A stretch of 63,667 nucleotides of DNA, counting the filler, from Octopus bimaculoides (Eukaryota): the NCBI RefSeq assembly GCF_001194135.2. It is 9 parts of 9 records of this genome, joined end to end, with 100 filler letters (N's around TTAATTAATTAA, not from the genome) between each part and the next. Parts side by side here need not be neighbours in the genome. Positions count along the whole stretch, not along the records: positions 1 to 16,417 come from NC_068988.1; positions 16,518 to 22,614 come from NC_068986.1; positions 22,715 to 36,448 come from NC_068991.1; 6 more parts are not named here. One strand, 5' to 3'. Below the pieces are notes generated by a model that saw nothing but the letters and a program-made list of their open reading frames with translations, searched no databases and was not told where the DNA came from. Shown here piece by piece: positions 12,531 to 25,764 of this stretch (position 1 is its first letter; each line of letters opens with the position of its first letter). Position numbers and translations under genes: made by a program.

Positions 12531-14872
12531 CTATGATTAAGGTGGAGCATAACATTTCACACCCCACATTCTTTGACATAAATATATGGTGAATCGAACG
12601 TAAGAATATGAACCTTTGATGTAAGTAGCAACATTGTGAAACTGGCGACTGTTTGAATTGAAATACGCACTTCAAATCCTCCTAGTTAGAAGAAAAAAAA
12701 CTGATGCTCATAACTTTTATACGGTGTACACAAACGGGAAATGGTTGTAATAGTTTGTCGCATTGTTCGTGAACAAATCAAATCATCTCGGTGTATTCGT
12801 TGCTGAAGAGACCAAATCATCTCAAGACAATGTGTCTCGAGGTCCGCTTTGGTTCTGAACAAAGGGCTGTACTGATAAGGAGAATTTATCTAGTTCATTT
12901 GCATAATGTTATCCGTTACAAGATTACAAGACTCCAAACGAATGATGAGTAGGTGCCTGGACCCTAGTGTCACATGAGGGAGAAAAATATCTGAATTTTA
13001 AAAATCATAGACTGCCACTAGTAAATTATCCGCTTTTGAGCAAGAAACCAATATGTTTCAGTGTTAACTGTCCGAGGTGCGGCCAGTACATATTCTCAGC
13101 CAAGTATATGAGAATAACCAGACAGAAGATGTCTTGCTCAAAATACAATGCGTTGTTTGTTCCGCGAAACGCACCATGGATCCAACGACTAAGAATTCCA
13201 GATTCAAAACGTTAGGCTACGCACTTTCACTTTAGCAAATGATAAATTTATATAACATACATTTAAGACTAACGTTTGAAAATAATATTGCAATAGATTA
13301 ACGAATTAAGTACGAGTTTATATGGACAAGAATTTTCCCTCCCAAGCTGGTACCTTTTATATAATATCCTTTTCTAGAATATTCCTCAACGGTAGAGAAT
13401 TACCATAGTGAAATAAATAATGTGGCAGGCTGTGCAGAAATGAGCTATTTGATGCAGAAGTAGTCTTTGAAATGAATATTAAGTAACACATCACTAACTA
13501 TTTAGCCTACGTTAAACTATATTGGCAGTGATTGATTTCGATCTGGCATTCGGTGGTCGTGTGCCTGTTTCTGACGAAGCGCATTTTACGTCAAATCACG
13601 TGCTGCAGCAGTCGCATCGCCGGTGCTGACGGAATTTAAGTCTACTGACATAATCCATATATTTTATAGCATCTAATGACAATACAAAATTATTTCTCGT
13701 ATATATATATGTATGTATAAATATATACAGAGGTTGTCTGCACATTCTCTATCCCCCCTCCCACTTAAAGGCATTGGTTGGCCTGTACTTATAGTAGAAC
13801 ACGATTGTCCACAGTTGGAACTGCACCAGCAAACGTCTGATGGCTAAATGAATGTTTTTGAAATGCAGTCAGCCCTTTACATTTTGTATTGTATAAGCAC
13901 ACAATTTATATCTACAAATTTCATTTGCATTCCTTGACAAATATTACAGTTCCGATAACACTGGTTATTGATCTTGTATGTCAAAGTAAACTATTTTTAT
14001 GGCATCAGACACTGCATCAGTAATTTTGGGGTAGATATAATCAGCAAGACCTTGTTGCCAGCTTTCGATGATCACCTCAATAGAATAAGCGTGACGAGAA
14101 AGCATTTTGTCACTTACCTATGATATATAGCTTCATGTCATACTTGTAATTATTTACATAGAGTCCGTAGTCCAGAGAAGTGAAACACGCTTTGTTAATT
14201 ACCAGATATTTACCTCAGGGGAAATCAAGAAACGATATTGCTCTTTTGTTTTCTGAAACTTTCCTATAGATTTACTGATTTAAACCTCATACCCCACTTG
14301 TCAAAAGATATAATAATATTATTACAGTTTGTATAATTCCGATAAATTTTTCATTTTCAGTCAAACTCTAAGCTGCCAAAAATCATTACACTATCGTGTA
14401 AAGTCGATAAATGTGTGTATGTATGTATGTATGTATGTATGTTTGCATATATGTATGTATTATGTATGCATGTATGTATGTACGTACGTACATGTGTGTG
14501 TGTATGTATGTGTATTCTCTTTTGTTTTAACTATTTAAATTCCTCCTCAGAGGAAGATGTTGTTTTCTAGCAAAGATACAGAGATTCATCGTTGGAATGT
14601 AGATGACATGAAATATCTCAGCTTTTAAACTTAGAAAACGCTTGCATATTTTTACTGTTCCACGAACAGGCTGATTTGTAATGTGTGAGTTAATTGGTTA
14701 AATTCCTTTTTCTGAAAAACGCAGCCTAAACAGATTTTCACTAAAACATTTCCTCAAGAAATGCAGTTCACCAAATTTTATTGGTATGAATGAAAATTTA
14801 TAAGCTAGATATGCAACTGTATGTTTCGAAAAACTTGACAACAATTAATCTCTCTCTTTTTGACTTCCCAAG

Positions 14873-14910
14873 ATATATTCACATCAATAGGACAGCTGGC
14901 CTCTCTGACG
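14873..14910 (+). other. Candidate 38-nt internal exon
   Basis: Pyrimidine tract CTCTCTCTTTTTGACTTCCCAAG before and GTACAT after; two open phases (IFTSIGQLASLT or YIHINRTAGLSD). No product recognised. Confidence 0.2.
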
Positions 14911-15130
14911 GTACATAATTTTTCTCGTGGCATTTATGCGTGTGTGTGAGTGTGTGTGTGTACGTCTGTATATATATGCATGTGCACATATGCATATTTG
15001 CATATAAATGCATAGCGATATATATATATATATCGCTATGCATTTATATGNNNNNNNNNNNNNNNNNNNNNNNNNNNNNNNNNNNNNNNNNNNNNNNNNN
15101 NNNNNNNNNNNATATATATATATATATATA

Positions 15131-16025
15131 CTCGCTGGCTCTGTTGGTGGCCGTAATGGGGTGACATATGCAGTGTACAAGAACTGTCCGAAGTTACTAA
15201 GGTGTTTCTGGCGATCGCTGGTTAAGACAAGGGGGCGTTGGAATTGTTGTAGGGTTAATGGGATTTATATGCCCAAAGAGGGAAACTCAGTGACACTTCC
15301 ACAGTTTTGCCCTATCTCTTTGCTGAATGTTGAGGGAACAGTCTTCTTCGCTGTTTTTGCAAAGCGGCTCACTACTTACTTACTTGCTTGCCAATGGCTT
15401 TCTGGACACTAATATACAGAAAGCAGGTGTTCCAGGGTTCACAGGATGCCTTGAGCATGTCTCAATGATTTGGGCTAAGATCAAAGAGAAGAAAGCATTG
15501 TGTAAAGAGCTACATGTTGTATGGCTGTACCTAGCAAATGCATATGGTTCTGTGCTTCATAACATGATACAGGTGGCCCTGGAGTTCTTCAATGTGCCCC
15601 AGAAACTCCGAAGCGTTCTATCCACATACTTTGACCAGTTCATGTTTCGGTTCTCTACTGCAAAGTACACCACTGAATAATACATTGATCTACTAAAGGA
15701 GATTGCAATGGGTTGTGCCATCGCCCCAATCCTTCATGTGATGGTTATGGAGGTCATACTGAGGGGCTTAAAGACTGAGCACAGGTTCAACCAAGGAGAA
15801 GTTCAACTGAGGGCGTTCAAGGATGATCTCACCATTTTGCAGGATAATATCAACGTTGCCAGAGACGTTTTGAATAGATTGTCTGAACTGATCAACTAGA
15901 GTTATATCCCTTTCACTGAAGGGTAGATCGCTCGTAAATTTGTTTTTCAGTATCGGTGGAGAGCAAATACCAACTGTTCGTGAGCAAAGTGTCAAAACCT
16001 GGGAAGACGATACAGTTTTCCCATG
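15131..16025 (+). mobile_element. HERO-like (RLE class) non-LTR retrotransposon, reverse transcriptase pseudogene
   Basis: YAVYKNCPKLLRC...PKEGNSVTLPQFCPISLLNVEG.../LANGFLDTNIQKAGVPGFTGCLEH...WLYLANAYGSVLH...IAMGCAIAPIL...RAFKDD. GFxGCLEH, LANAYGS and AFMDD are HERO-type motifs; one frameshift (~15382) and stops. Confidence 0.85.
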
Positions 16026-16639
16026 ATGTGGTAATCCAATACAACCTGTTGCATGGTCGGGTCGTCGGCGGCTAATCTGGGAACTCAGGGATGAAAAATA
16101 AGACCAGTCAAAGGGTGGAGATATATGTATATATATACATATGTATGTATGTATATATGCATATGCTTAGATATATATATAGAGCATCCTTACTGAACAT
16201 GGAAAGCGACTGAACTGCAGTGATCGTCTTGAGAAAGTTTCTTTTCATTGATAGTAACAGAGGAAACGTGTGCAGTAGCAGTGGTAGAAAGGCTAAATCA
16301 TGATATTTGACTTATATCCAATACTGAAGAGACCTAATCGTATGCAAAAATATTACTATTCACACACACATACCATCACTCATATTTTTGCTACGTTTTC
16401 CATTTCGGTTTATAATANNNNNNNNNNNNNNNNNNNNNNNNNNNNNNNNNNNNNNNNNNNNTTAATTAATTAANNNNNNNNNNNNNNNNNNNNNNNNNNN
16501 NNNNNNNNNNNNNNNNNTATATATATAATGTTTAAAAGTAAAAGAATATACATATATTTAGATATGTATGTTCAGGTGTGTGTGTATGTGTGTGTGTGTG
16601 TGTGTGTGCATAGGCACACGTTAGTAATAGTGTACGAGC

Positions 16640-17200
16640 AGCCCAAGAACCATTGATTCCCGACTACTACCAAGATGTCCGTATACTGAGCAACAGTTAT
16701 CTCCAAAGTTACGCTTTCGAGACTGGGTCCCCTTATCAATGACACATCAAACAGCTTGAACGCTTCCATTAATAAAATTTTTGCTTACTTCGAGGTATTA
16801 AATGGGAACAAAAACCAACACTTATGTCTTTGAACATGAAGAAATAGCAAGCATCGAGATCATGATCAGCAGGTATCAGTTATACTGGATTGACTATGTT
16901 CAAAGGATGCACAATAAAAGACTCTCAAAGACTCTCCTGTATTCTGAACCGGAACGAAAACAATGTTATGATGGAAGGCCACGAGTGAGATTCAAAGAAT
17001 TTTTGAAGCAAAACTTCACGCTCTGTAACGTCCAACCAAATAAAGTAGAAACCGTGTTATAATGAAGAAAGCTATAGAGATATGTCTGTCGTCCCGGTTG
17101 TGGATTCTTTGAGCAAGGTACAAATGACTAGAAGCGCCAGAAATGTTAAATGAGAAAAAGACTCGCCACACTCGAAGAGGAATCACCAACGATCTTAGGC
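16640..17200 (+). mobile_element. RTE-clade (BovB-like) LINE 3' fragment
   Basis: TKMSVY*ATV.../ETGSPYQ*HIKQLERFH and SIEIMISRYQLYWIDYVQRMHNKRLSKTLLYSE...GRPRVRFKE match the RTE post-RT region. Confidence 0.85.
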
Positions 17201-17343
17201 AGAGAATACTTCCAAATATTTCGAACAACACAGAATTCACAATCACTCGAGGGTCCATGTCTGAAGAAAGTGAAATAGAAGTAACTAAATTGGAGAGAGA
17301 CAATATTTCAAATTGAGATATCTCACGACGGTATGTGTATACG

Positions 17344-17735
17344 GTGGAGGCGTAATGGCCCAGTGGTTAGGGCAGCGGACTCGCGGTCGTAGGATCGCGG
17401 TTTCGATTCCCAGACCGGGCGTTGTGAGTGTTTATTGAGCTAAAACACCTAAATCTCCACGTAGCTCCGGCAGAGGATGGTGGCGAACCCTGCTGAAGTC
17501 TTTCACCACAACTTTCTCTCGCACTTACTTCCTGTTTCTATTGTGCCTGTAATTCAAAGGGTCAGCCTTGTCACATTCTGTGTGACGCTGAATATCCCCG
17601 AGATCTACGTTAAGGGTACACGTGTCTGTGGAGTGCTGAGCCACTTGCACGTTAATTTCACGAGTAGGCTGTTCCGTTGATCGGATCAAGTGGAACCCTC
17701 GTCGTCGTAAGCGACGGAGTGCCAACAACAAACAA
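17344..17735 (+). mobile_element. tRNA-derived SINE, family D
   Basis: A box TGGCCCAGTGG, B box GTTTCGATTCC, (CAA)n end; the 3' half is shared with the minus-strand copy at 45478-45790. Confidence 0.9.
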
Positions 17736-17895
17736 CAAGCTACAGTCCCCGTAACGTAACGTAGCAGCAAAAATGGCCGATAGAATAAAGACAGAAATAA
17801 GCACCGGGAACGTTCGACTAAAATTCTTCAAGGCGATGCCCCAGCATGGCCGCAATCTAATGACTGAAACAATTACAACGACAATAAAAGATTCC

Positions 17896-18119
17896 TCAAT
17901 TCCCGGTTGTTACTATTGACAACAATGAACTTGCTATTGTTTGTGTTTCGTGTATTTGGTCTCGGTGTTGCTGTTGTTGTTTCTGTTTGTGTGATCTGTC
18001 TCTCCCATTGTGTTTATTGTTGACGGGGTACCTCCTAGTTTGGCTGTTGTTGCTTTGTCGGTGGTAGCGCTGTGTAGCTGGTCGATGACCTCTCTGGCGC
18101 CATGTTGAGGCTTCCGATA
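17896..18119 (-). CDS. Candidate terminal exon of an unidentified minus-strand gene
   Basis: Acceptor TTGGTTGTTCCGTATTCAG at 18120-18122, then unique GC-richer sequence open in two phases (SEASTWRQRGHRPATQRYHRQ...IVTTGN* or YRKPQHGAREVIDQLH...KHKQ*). Confidence 0.35.
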
Positions 18120-18136
18120 CTGAATACGGAACAACC

Positions 18137-18169
<33 letters not shown>

Positions 18170-18486
18170 TCTATCTATATATTTAAGTATTTATTTTCTA
18201 ATTTTTTCGCTTCAATCCCGTTTACAATAACATCTTCCGACGAGGCGTGTAGTAGGCTGATTTCAACCTCGTTGCACTGTGAGATTTCAGAATTCGAGAT
18301 TATAGAGATAGAGTGAAGAAGTATGTACGCGTATGTGAGCATTTTGGATATGTGGTTCTGTTCTGTTGTGGTCGAATTGTATGATGCATTGGATGATTGT
18401 ATTGATTGTAGTGCAGGAATTGTTCATCTGGAGTGTTGCGTTGTTCTATGAGTCTCCTACAATTGTTCTTCTTTTAAATGCTGCTG

Positions 18487-18558
18487 TTATTGGTCACCGT
18501 TGCTGCTGCTGGTGGTGCTGCCGTTGCTTTTACTGCCGCTGCTACTTGAGTGGCTGTA

Positions 18559-18639
<81 letters not shown>

Positions 18640-18689
18640 GCTGCTGCTGCTACTACTACTACTACTACTACTACTACTANNNNNNNNNN

Positions 18690-18737
<48 letters not shown>

Positions 18738-18915
18738 TAATCGCTGCTGCTGTTACTACACATACTGCCGCTTGTGCTGCTGCTGCTGCTGCTGCTAGCA
18801 CTGCCACCACCACCACCACCACTACTACTACTACTGCTGCCACTGCTGCTACTGTTATTGTTGTTATTGTTGTTGTTGCTGCTTTGTGTGGACACACGCG
18901 TTCTGAGATACCCCG
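18487..18915 (-). repeat. Mosaic trinucleotide tract (AGT/AGC/GGT/AAC), possibly Ser/Gly/Asn-rich coding
   Basis: Reads STQSSNNNN...SASSSSSSSTSGSMCSNSSSDYSS-(10 N)-SSGYSHSSSSGSKSNGSTTSSSNGDQ*; no good splice acceptor. Confidence 0.3.
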
Positions 18916-19944
18916 CTTACAATGCGATTTATCATGGATTACTTGTGACAAAAAAGAATAAAATGGAATTCTGTTTTTTTTTCTTCTTCATTCTGTTCAT
19001 TCTTCATTCTGGACTATTGACAAGTCGGCTTTTAGGATTATTAANNNNNNNNNNNNNNNNNNNNNNNNNNNNNNNNNNNNNNNNNNNNNNNNNNNNNNNN
19101 NNNNNNNNNNNNNNNNNNNNNNNNNNNNNNNNNNNNNNNNNNNNNNNNNNNNNNNNNNNNNNNNNNNNNNNNNNNNNNNNNNNNNNNNNNNNNNNNNNNN
19201 NNNNNNNNNNNNNNNNNNNNNNNNNNNNNNNNNNNNNNNNNNNNNNNNNNNNNNNNNNNNNNNNNNNNNNNNNNNNNNNNNNNNNNNNNNNNNNNNNNNN
19301 NNNNNNNNNNNNNNNNNNNNNNNNNNNNNNNNNNNNNNNNNNNNNNNNNNNNNNNNNNNNNNNNNNNNNNNNNNNNNNNNNNNNNNNNNNNNNNNNNNNN
19401 NNNNNNNNNNNNNNNNNNNNNNNNNNNNNNNNNNNNNNNNNNNNNNNNNNNNNNNNNNNNNNNNNNNNNNNNNNNNNNNNNNNNNNNNNNNNNNNNNNNN
19501 NNNNNNNNNNNNNNNNNNNNNNNNNNNNNNNNNNNNNNNNNNNNNNNNNNNNNNNNNNNNNNNNNNNNNNNNNNNNNNNNNNNNNNNNNNNNNNNNNNNN
19601 NNNNNNNNNNNNNNNNNNNNNNNNNNNNNNNNNNNNNNNNNNNNNNNNNNNNNNNNNNNNNNNNNNNNNNNNNNNNNNNNNNNNNNNNNNNNNNNNNNNN
19701 NNNNNNNNNNNNNNNNNNNNNNNNNNNNNNNNNNNNNNNNNNNNNNNNNNNNNNNNNNNNNNNNNNNNNNNNNNNNNNNNNNNNNNNNNNNNNNNNNNNN
19801 NNNNNNNNNNNNNNNNNNNNNNNNNNNNNNNNNNNNNNNNNNNNNNNNNNNNNNNNNNNNNNNNNNNNNNNNNNNNNNNNNNNNNNNNNNNNNNNNNNNN
19901 NNNNNNNNNNNNNNNNNNNNNNNNNNNNNNNNNNNNNNNNNCCT

Positions 19945-20125
19945 TGTCTGGTACCGGATCGATCCCAAAATCTAATCAGTTCATGCCAGTCATGAGGTCA
20001 AACATCCCTGAAAGTTTCATTCGAATTCATCCAGCGGTTCTTGAGATATCTTGTCCACGGACAAACAAACAAACAAACACGACTGCAAACCATATCTCTG
20101 GCTTCGCTAAGGCTGAGGTAACAAG
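19945..20125 (+). mobile_element. Short non-autonomous element resembling Helentron-associated (HINE-like) repeats
   Basis: CCGGATCGATCCCAAAATCTAATCAG...(CAAA)n...GCTGAGGTAA ending matches the general layout of such invertebrate repeats; 5' end lies in a gap. Confidence 0.35.
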
Positions 20126-20761
20126 AAAATCTAACAAAACTAATAAAGCTTAAAAGAAAACATTCATGACACCTTTCCAACCAGCCCCTGCTTAAACAAC
20201 ACCTGTAAAAAGAAAGGCACCAAAACTCAGGTCACAGTTTTCGTGTTCTTTGCCTCGGGTGTGTGCCGAAAAGTGTGATTTCCGATCCTTAATGAATATG
20301 ACAAAATTATATTGTTGATGAGGAGCTCATGACCTTCCTAGAATTGCGTTGCTGCAGCCTTCACAAAACTTAATTAAGATTGCATTGCCAGCAATTAACA
20401 TTTTATAAATACCGAGGTGGGTGGGGTGGAAAAATTAACCACGTAATTAAATGGAAAAGGCTGAATGGAATGAAAGCCCTAATTGTTCACCAGCCATATA
20501 TCACCTGAGACACCTTCACAAAATTTCATCCGCATGAAATATAACAGTAAAAGTTAGGTCGTTTCTTTTAAATAAATGATTATACCTTCTACATGATTAT
20601 GTATTAAGTTCTTCCTTGAGGGGCAGCCTGGAATATTATTCGAGAATTTACCTAATACATACATACAAGCGCAAATAAACATACATATATCTACACGTGT
20701 ATGAGTGTGCGCCCGTGTGCGTACCTATAAGCGTGTGTATATATTTGTGTGAGTATGTGTA

Positions 20762-20820
<59 letters not shown>

Positions 20821-21329
20821 TTATCAATCTGTGTATCAATTCGTCTATCTATATATAATACGCGTATGCACACAGATATATAGATAATATGGTGTGTGTA
20901 TATATATATATATGTCTCTGTGTGCGAGCATTATGTATTCGCGTATGTACGCATATGCGCTTCAGTTATACATGTGTGTGTATGTATGTGGTTAAGAGTA
21001 TGTGGTTGTGTGTGCGTACATAAACGTATACGTACGCGTATTTGTATTTCCCTGTTTATAAACAGAGAGTGACGTGTGCGTAAATAAACACAGACTACGT
21101 CTGGACTCTGTAATATAATCACTTGATCGAAACTGAGAAGACGGCCATGAATTAATAGTCGAATAGTCGAGTGCCATTTACCCTGTTCCGTAGTCTCCGT
21201 GTTGGATTAACTGTTCAAACACTGGATGTTTGGTGAAAGATTTGAAGCTCAAAAGTATAGATTGCCGCCGTTGGTGTAATTGACTAAGTGAGCGTTTTAC
21301 GTGACGACGGTGCTGGAGGTGATGTGAGC

Positions 21330-22040
21330 TGAGGCAAGGGAAAGAGATATGGTGAAGGAAAAACTAAGGGATACGCTGAGATTCTGAATCGAATATGGGA
21401 GTGATTTAGGATTGTATAGATTCTGTGAGTTTGGAAAGTTCGAATATGATGGAGAAGGGAGGGAAAGTAGATGGAGATGAAAGCGTTAGATAGAGAGAAA
21501 GCCTTGAGGTGTCTCTGAAGAGATATGAAAGATAGAATGGAAATGCAGAAGAGTAGCGGGAGAAGAGAAAAAGAAGGAGATACGGGTGCAAAATGAAAGA
21601 CAGAGAGAGGGGGGGAGAGAAAGAAACAATGACGTAAAGATAAGGAATGCATGTTTATTTGTCATATAGAGAAGGAAGGGGGAAAGATATGAAAGATATG
21701 CAGTGTTTAAAGCTAAGGATGCTTAAGATGAATAAGAGGAAAGATAGAACAGAGAAAGGAGCCAAAGAGTGGGATAAAAAGAATAATAAAAGAGGTACGA
21801 ATTGTCTCTGAGAGGTAGGCTTAATAGGGACTGAGCGAGATTAGGCTGGGAGAGGAAGAAGATAGCAAGGAAAGGTTTCAAACGATGATGAGTATACTTA
21901 GAAAGATCTGGACATAAATAAAGTAGAATAAAGAGGAAGAGTCCTTCATACTGACCGAGAAAGTGAGTGAGATATTGAATTAAAAAAAAAACAACAGTGG
22001 CATAAAACAAAAGAAAAAGCGGAAAGAGAATAGGTTGGGA
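21330..22040. repeat. Purine-rich (GA) low-complexity tract
   Basis: Strong A/G strand bias with no period or credible ORF. Confidence 0.7.
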
Positions 22041-22045
22041 AAATA

Positions 22046-22230
22046 GTCCTTTCTACAATAGGAACAAGGTGTGAAATTTTTGGGGAAGGGTAAGTCGATT
22101 ATATTGACCCCGGTGCTCAGTAGGTACTTAATTTATCGATCGCGAAAGGAAAAGTCGACCTCGGCGGAATTTGAATTCAGAACGTAGCGGCAAACGAAAT
22201 ACCGCTTAGCATTTCACCCGGCGTGCTAAC
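22046..22230 (-). mobile_element. tRNA-derived SINE, family B
   Basis: Core AAAGTCGACCTCGGCGGAATTTGAA...GAAATACCGC..AGCATTTC. Further copies at 24517-24625, 33125-33318, 33340-33550, 35755-35905, 38637-38785, 38820-39005, 54285-54425 (-) and 43380-43525, 48555-48772 (+). Confidence 0.9.
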
Positions 22231-22233
22231 TAT

Positions 22234-22301
<68 letters not shown>

Positions 22302-22839
22302 AGCGGTCCGGCAAAAGAGACCGATAGAATAAGTACTAGGCTTACAACGAATAAGCTCTGGGGTCGATTTGCTCGACTAAAAAGGGCGGTGCTCCAGCAT
22401 GGCCGCAGTCAAATGACTGAAACAAGTAAAAGAGTAAAAGTGTATATAACGAGCCTTGAACTGTAAAAATCTAAGTTGTATTATACTGTGATCAGTTGTC
22501 GAAGTTTCGCCAGTGCAGGCTTATTCAAAATGTAAGACAAAACCGCCATCCCAGAAATTTCGAAGTAACTGTCATATCCCTCTCTCCCTCTGTCTCTCTT
22601 TCTCACTATATATANNNNNNNNNNNNNNNNNNNNNNNNNNNNNNNNNNNNNNNNNNNNTTAATTAATTAANNNNNNNNNNNNNNNNNNNNNNNNNNNNNN
22701 NNNNNNNNNNNNNNACTATATATTTTATCTATAAAGCTCAATTTAATTTTAATTTTTTATAAATTGATTTTAATTGAGTTTTTACCTGTAATTTTGGATT
22801 TTGTCCCTAATATTATTATATATATATATATGTATATAT

Positions 22840-23065
22840 GTGTGTGTGTGTGTGTGTGTTTGTGTGTCTGTTTGTCCCCCAACATCGCTTGACAACCGAT
22901 GCTGGTGTGTTTACGTACCCGTAACTTAGCGGTTCGGCAAAAGAGACTGATAGAATAAGTACTAGGCTTACAAAGAATAAGCCCTGGGGTCGATTTGCTC
23001 AACTAAAGGCGGTGCTCCAGCATCGCCGCAGTCAGATGACTGAAACATGTAAAAGAGTAAAGAGA
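22840..23065 (+). mobile_element. SINE family A 3' half (another tail at 22300-22440)
   Basis: CGCTTGACAACCGATGCTGGTG...GATGACTGAAACATGTAAAAGAG. Confidence 0.9.
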
Positions 23066-24201
23066 GAGTATCCTGCACACATCCAAAACATCATACAATT
23101 TGATCAAAGCACATTCCACACAAACACAAGCTTAGAAAGACACTAATTAAAACACTCACACACACACACACAGGTTATTATTTCATATAGCAGATTTTGT
23201 AGCAAAACTCCTCAGATCCATAGTTTCGTAGAACTCAAGAAATAGATCTTTTGTTAGAGTCTACTAAATGTGGATTTGTCAGCATTTTACCACTTCTTGC
23301 ATGATAATGACATGTCACCCAAAATCAACTGTGAACTTGATGGCACAAATTGTTGTCCATTCACACTTCATATCTATATCAACATTCAGGTTTGTGTTAT
23401 AATTATTCAACAGGATGCAGGAATAGTAACAACACTGGTAACTTGTTTATTTTCTAATTCTTCCTTGTTTAGTAGATTGTGAACAACAGTGGTAGCTGGA
23501 GGTTGTAATGACCATTGGCAAGGTGAACTAAATTAAGAATGTGATAGCTTTAAATCCTAAAGATTTGGCACTCCAGCCCAATGTGTGAGTTTAGAGTCAA
23601 TGTTCAGATTATTTCAATGTATATGTTTAGTGTGTGTGTGTATGTGTGTGTGTCATACAGGGGAGGGGGAAGAGTATGAGTTTTAAGATGGCATTGTTTT
23701 AATCTTGTTTAAGTCTGTCTCTATCTGGTCAAACAGCTGAAGTTGAATGGATAAGAACCAGTTATAACAATAACTGCTCACATGAAGGTCATCGTGTATT
23801 GAAGTATTTTAGTTTCACAATATCGGTGGTTCACTACGTAGGAAGGAATAGAATTCAAATCGCTTTGGTTTATGGAAATGAGTTGAGCACCAGGACCGAT
23901 CAGCCCATAATAATAATCTATTAGTAAATTGGTATCAGGTTTGTTATTCATTTTTATAATACATCTTGAGTGTTCATTGGATTTTTATTTTTGTGGGTTA
24001 TCCTGGTTTAGCATACTATACATAATAAGAGGAAACTAAAAAGGTTGGCAACAGAAAGAGTATCCAGCCATAAGTCACTGTCTCAGACATACTGTTCAAT
24101 CCATGCCAACAAGGAAAATAAATGAAATCTAAAACACTGATAATTACAATGATGAAAGTTTACATTACAATTTGATATTTTGTTCAGCAGAATTCTGTTG
24201 A

Positions 24202-24422
24202 CCCTTTTGTAACCACATTTTTGCTGAAATAAACAGCTTTTGTTTCAATAAATCTTATAGATAATGAAGAATTTATCAAAATAACTTTATCTTTATGAAA
24301 CTGGTGTGTGGGTCAAAAATTAACAAGAAATATTGACGGAAGATTCTAATTTAGATCACTAAGACAGGGAAGTTTATACTTTAGATCTAGGGGTGGTTTC
24401 AGGTGGGCTAGTATCGAAAGGG
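24202..24422. mobile_element. piggyBac-type MITE
   Basis: TTGA|CCCTTTTGTAACC...GTATCGAAAGGG|TTAT; related to 35133-35352 and 60595-61026, which show TTAA flanks. Confidence 0.75.
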
Positions 24423-24639
24423 TTATTCTTTTAAGAACTTTTTTTTTTTTTGAGGGAAGGACGTCAGTTGATATCACAGACCCCAAGACTAAAATGGCTC
24501 TTTATTTCATTAACCCTGAAAGAATGGAAGGTAAAATTGATCTTGGCGCAATTTGAACTCAGAATGTAAAGACCCAAAAGAAAAATATTTTTCTAATGCT
24601 CCGCCTCTCTCTAACAATTCTGACAACTTGCTGCCCTCA

Positions 24640-25080
24640 TCATCATCATCACCACTGTTTAACATCCGTTTTCCATGCTGGCATGGGTTGGACAGTTTGA
24701 CTGGGAACTGGCAAACCAGTAAGCTGAGCCAGGGTCCAATCTGATCTGGCAAAGTTTCTACAGCTGGATGCCCTTCCTAACACCAACCATTCCGAGAGTG
24801 TAGTGGGGGCTTTTTACATGCCACTGGCCTGGGAGCCAGTCAGGTGACACTGGCATCGACCACAATTGGATGGTGCTTTTTACATGCCACCAGCACAGGA
24901 ACCAGTCTGGTGGGAGTGGGGCTGGTATCAACCACATTTGCATTGTGTCTTTTACGTTCCACCGGCACAGGGAGCCAGTCAGGTGGCACTGGCATCGACC
25001 CATGCATGAATGGTGCTTATTACGCGCCACCAGTACGGGTGCCAGTCAGGCAGCACTGGCATCGGCCACAACTCCAACTT
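24640..25080 (-). mobile_element. SINE family C ((GAT)n tail, AGGAAGGGCATCCAGCTGTAGAAAC core) with internal tandem subrepeats
   Basis: CATCAT-...TTTCCATGCTGGCATGGGTTGGAC...CAGCTGGATGCCCTTCCTAAC, followed by about four GTGCTTTTTACRTGCCACC units. Other copies at 32462-32760, 33806-33950, 53640-53775, 57565-58040, 60645-60815. Confidence 0.85.
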
Positions 25081-25488
25081 CCATTTTGATTTCGATCTAG
25101 ATTTGATTTTAATTTTACTTGACTCAATAGGTCTTCTCAAGTACAGCGTTTCGCCCGATACCAACAAAATTGAGTTTGTCTCTTACTTTTTCAACTTACT
25201 ACTCTTAATTCTGGACCTGTTTTCTCAAACCTATGAGAGTTTAGCACATATTCAAACTGCTAGAAATAACAGTCAAATAACCCTTAACCCTTTGCCTGCC
25301 CAAAGCATTTTCATAAGTTTGTCTTGAAAACGTCTATGCACATTTCCAGACTTTTTAGTTAGTCCTTGTTTCATAGGGTTCTCAGTAATATAAAGCTTCT
25401 TTTCTATAAGCCCCAAGTTACTTTGGTGGGTGAAAATGGGGTTTAACTTTACTTATTACCATCTTTAAGAAAAGACAATGCACTAGAT

Positions 25489-25764
25489 CAGGAGTTTTCA
25501 AACTTTTTGACTTGCGGACCCCTTTATATTTCAGGCTTTACCTTAGGGACCCCCTTATAAACGCTTATGAAATTTATACATAAATATTTGCTTAAAATAA
25601 CATATATTTTTGCATTTATTTATTTAATAGCATTTAACAAAATAGGTTTATTGTCAATTAAAAGATTTCGATTAAAAACCATATATAAAATCCAATTGCC
25701 CATAAAAAGTATTTGCTGTCCACGGACCCCCTGTGGTCCGCAGACCACAGTTTGAAAACCCCTG
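25489..25764. mobile_element. hAT (Charlie-type) MITE
   Basis: TIRs CAGGAGTTTTCAAACT / AGTTTGAAAACCCCTG; 8-bp TSD CACTAGAT / CAGTAGAT (7 of 8 match). Confidence 0.9.

Noticed and set aside
17344-17420. tRNA genes here and at 28000, 33645, 39214, 48235, 62956
   Set aside because: A/B boxes are present, but there is no complete cloverleaf or poly-T terminator and each continues into a SINE body.
23380-23522. Apparent + strand mini-exons
   Set aside because: The implied intron is only about 35 nt and the second piece has stops in all phases.
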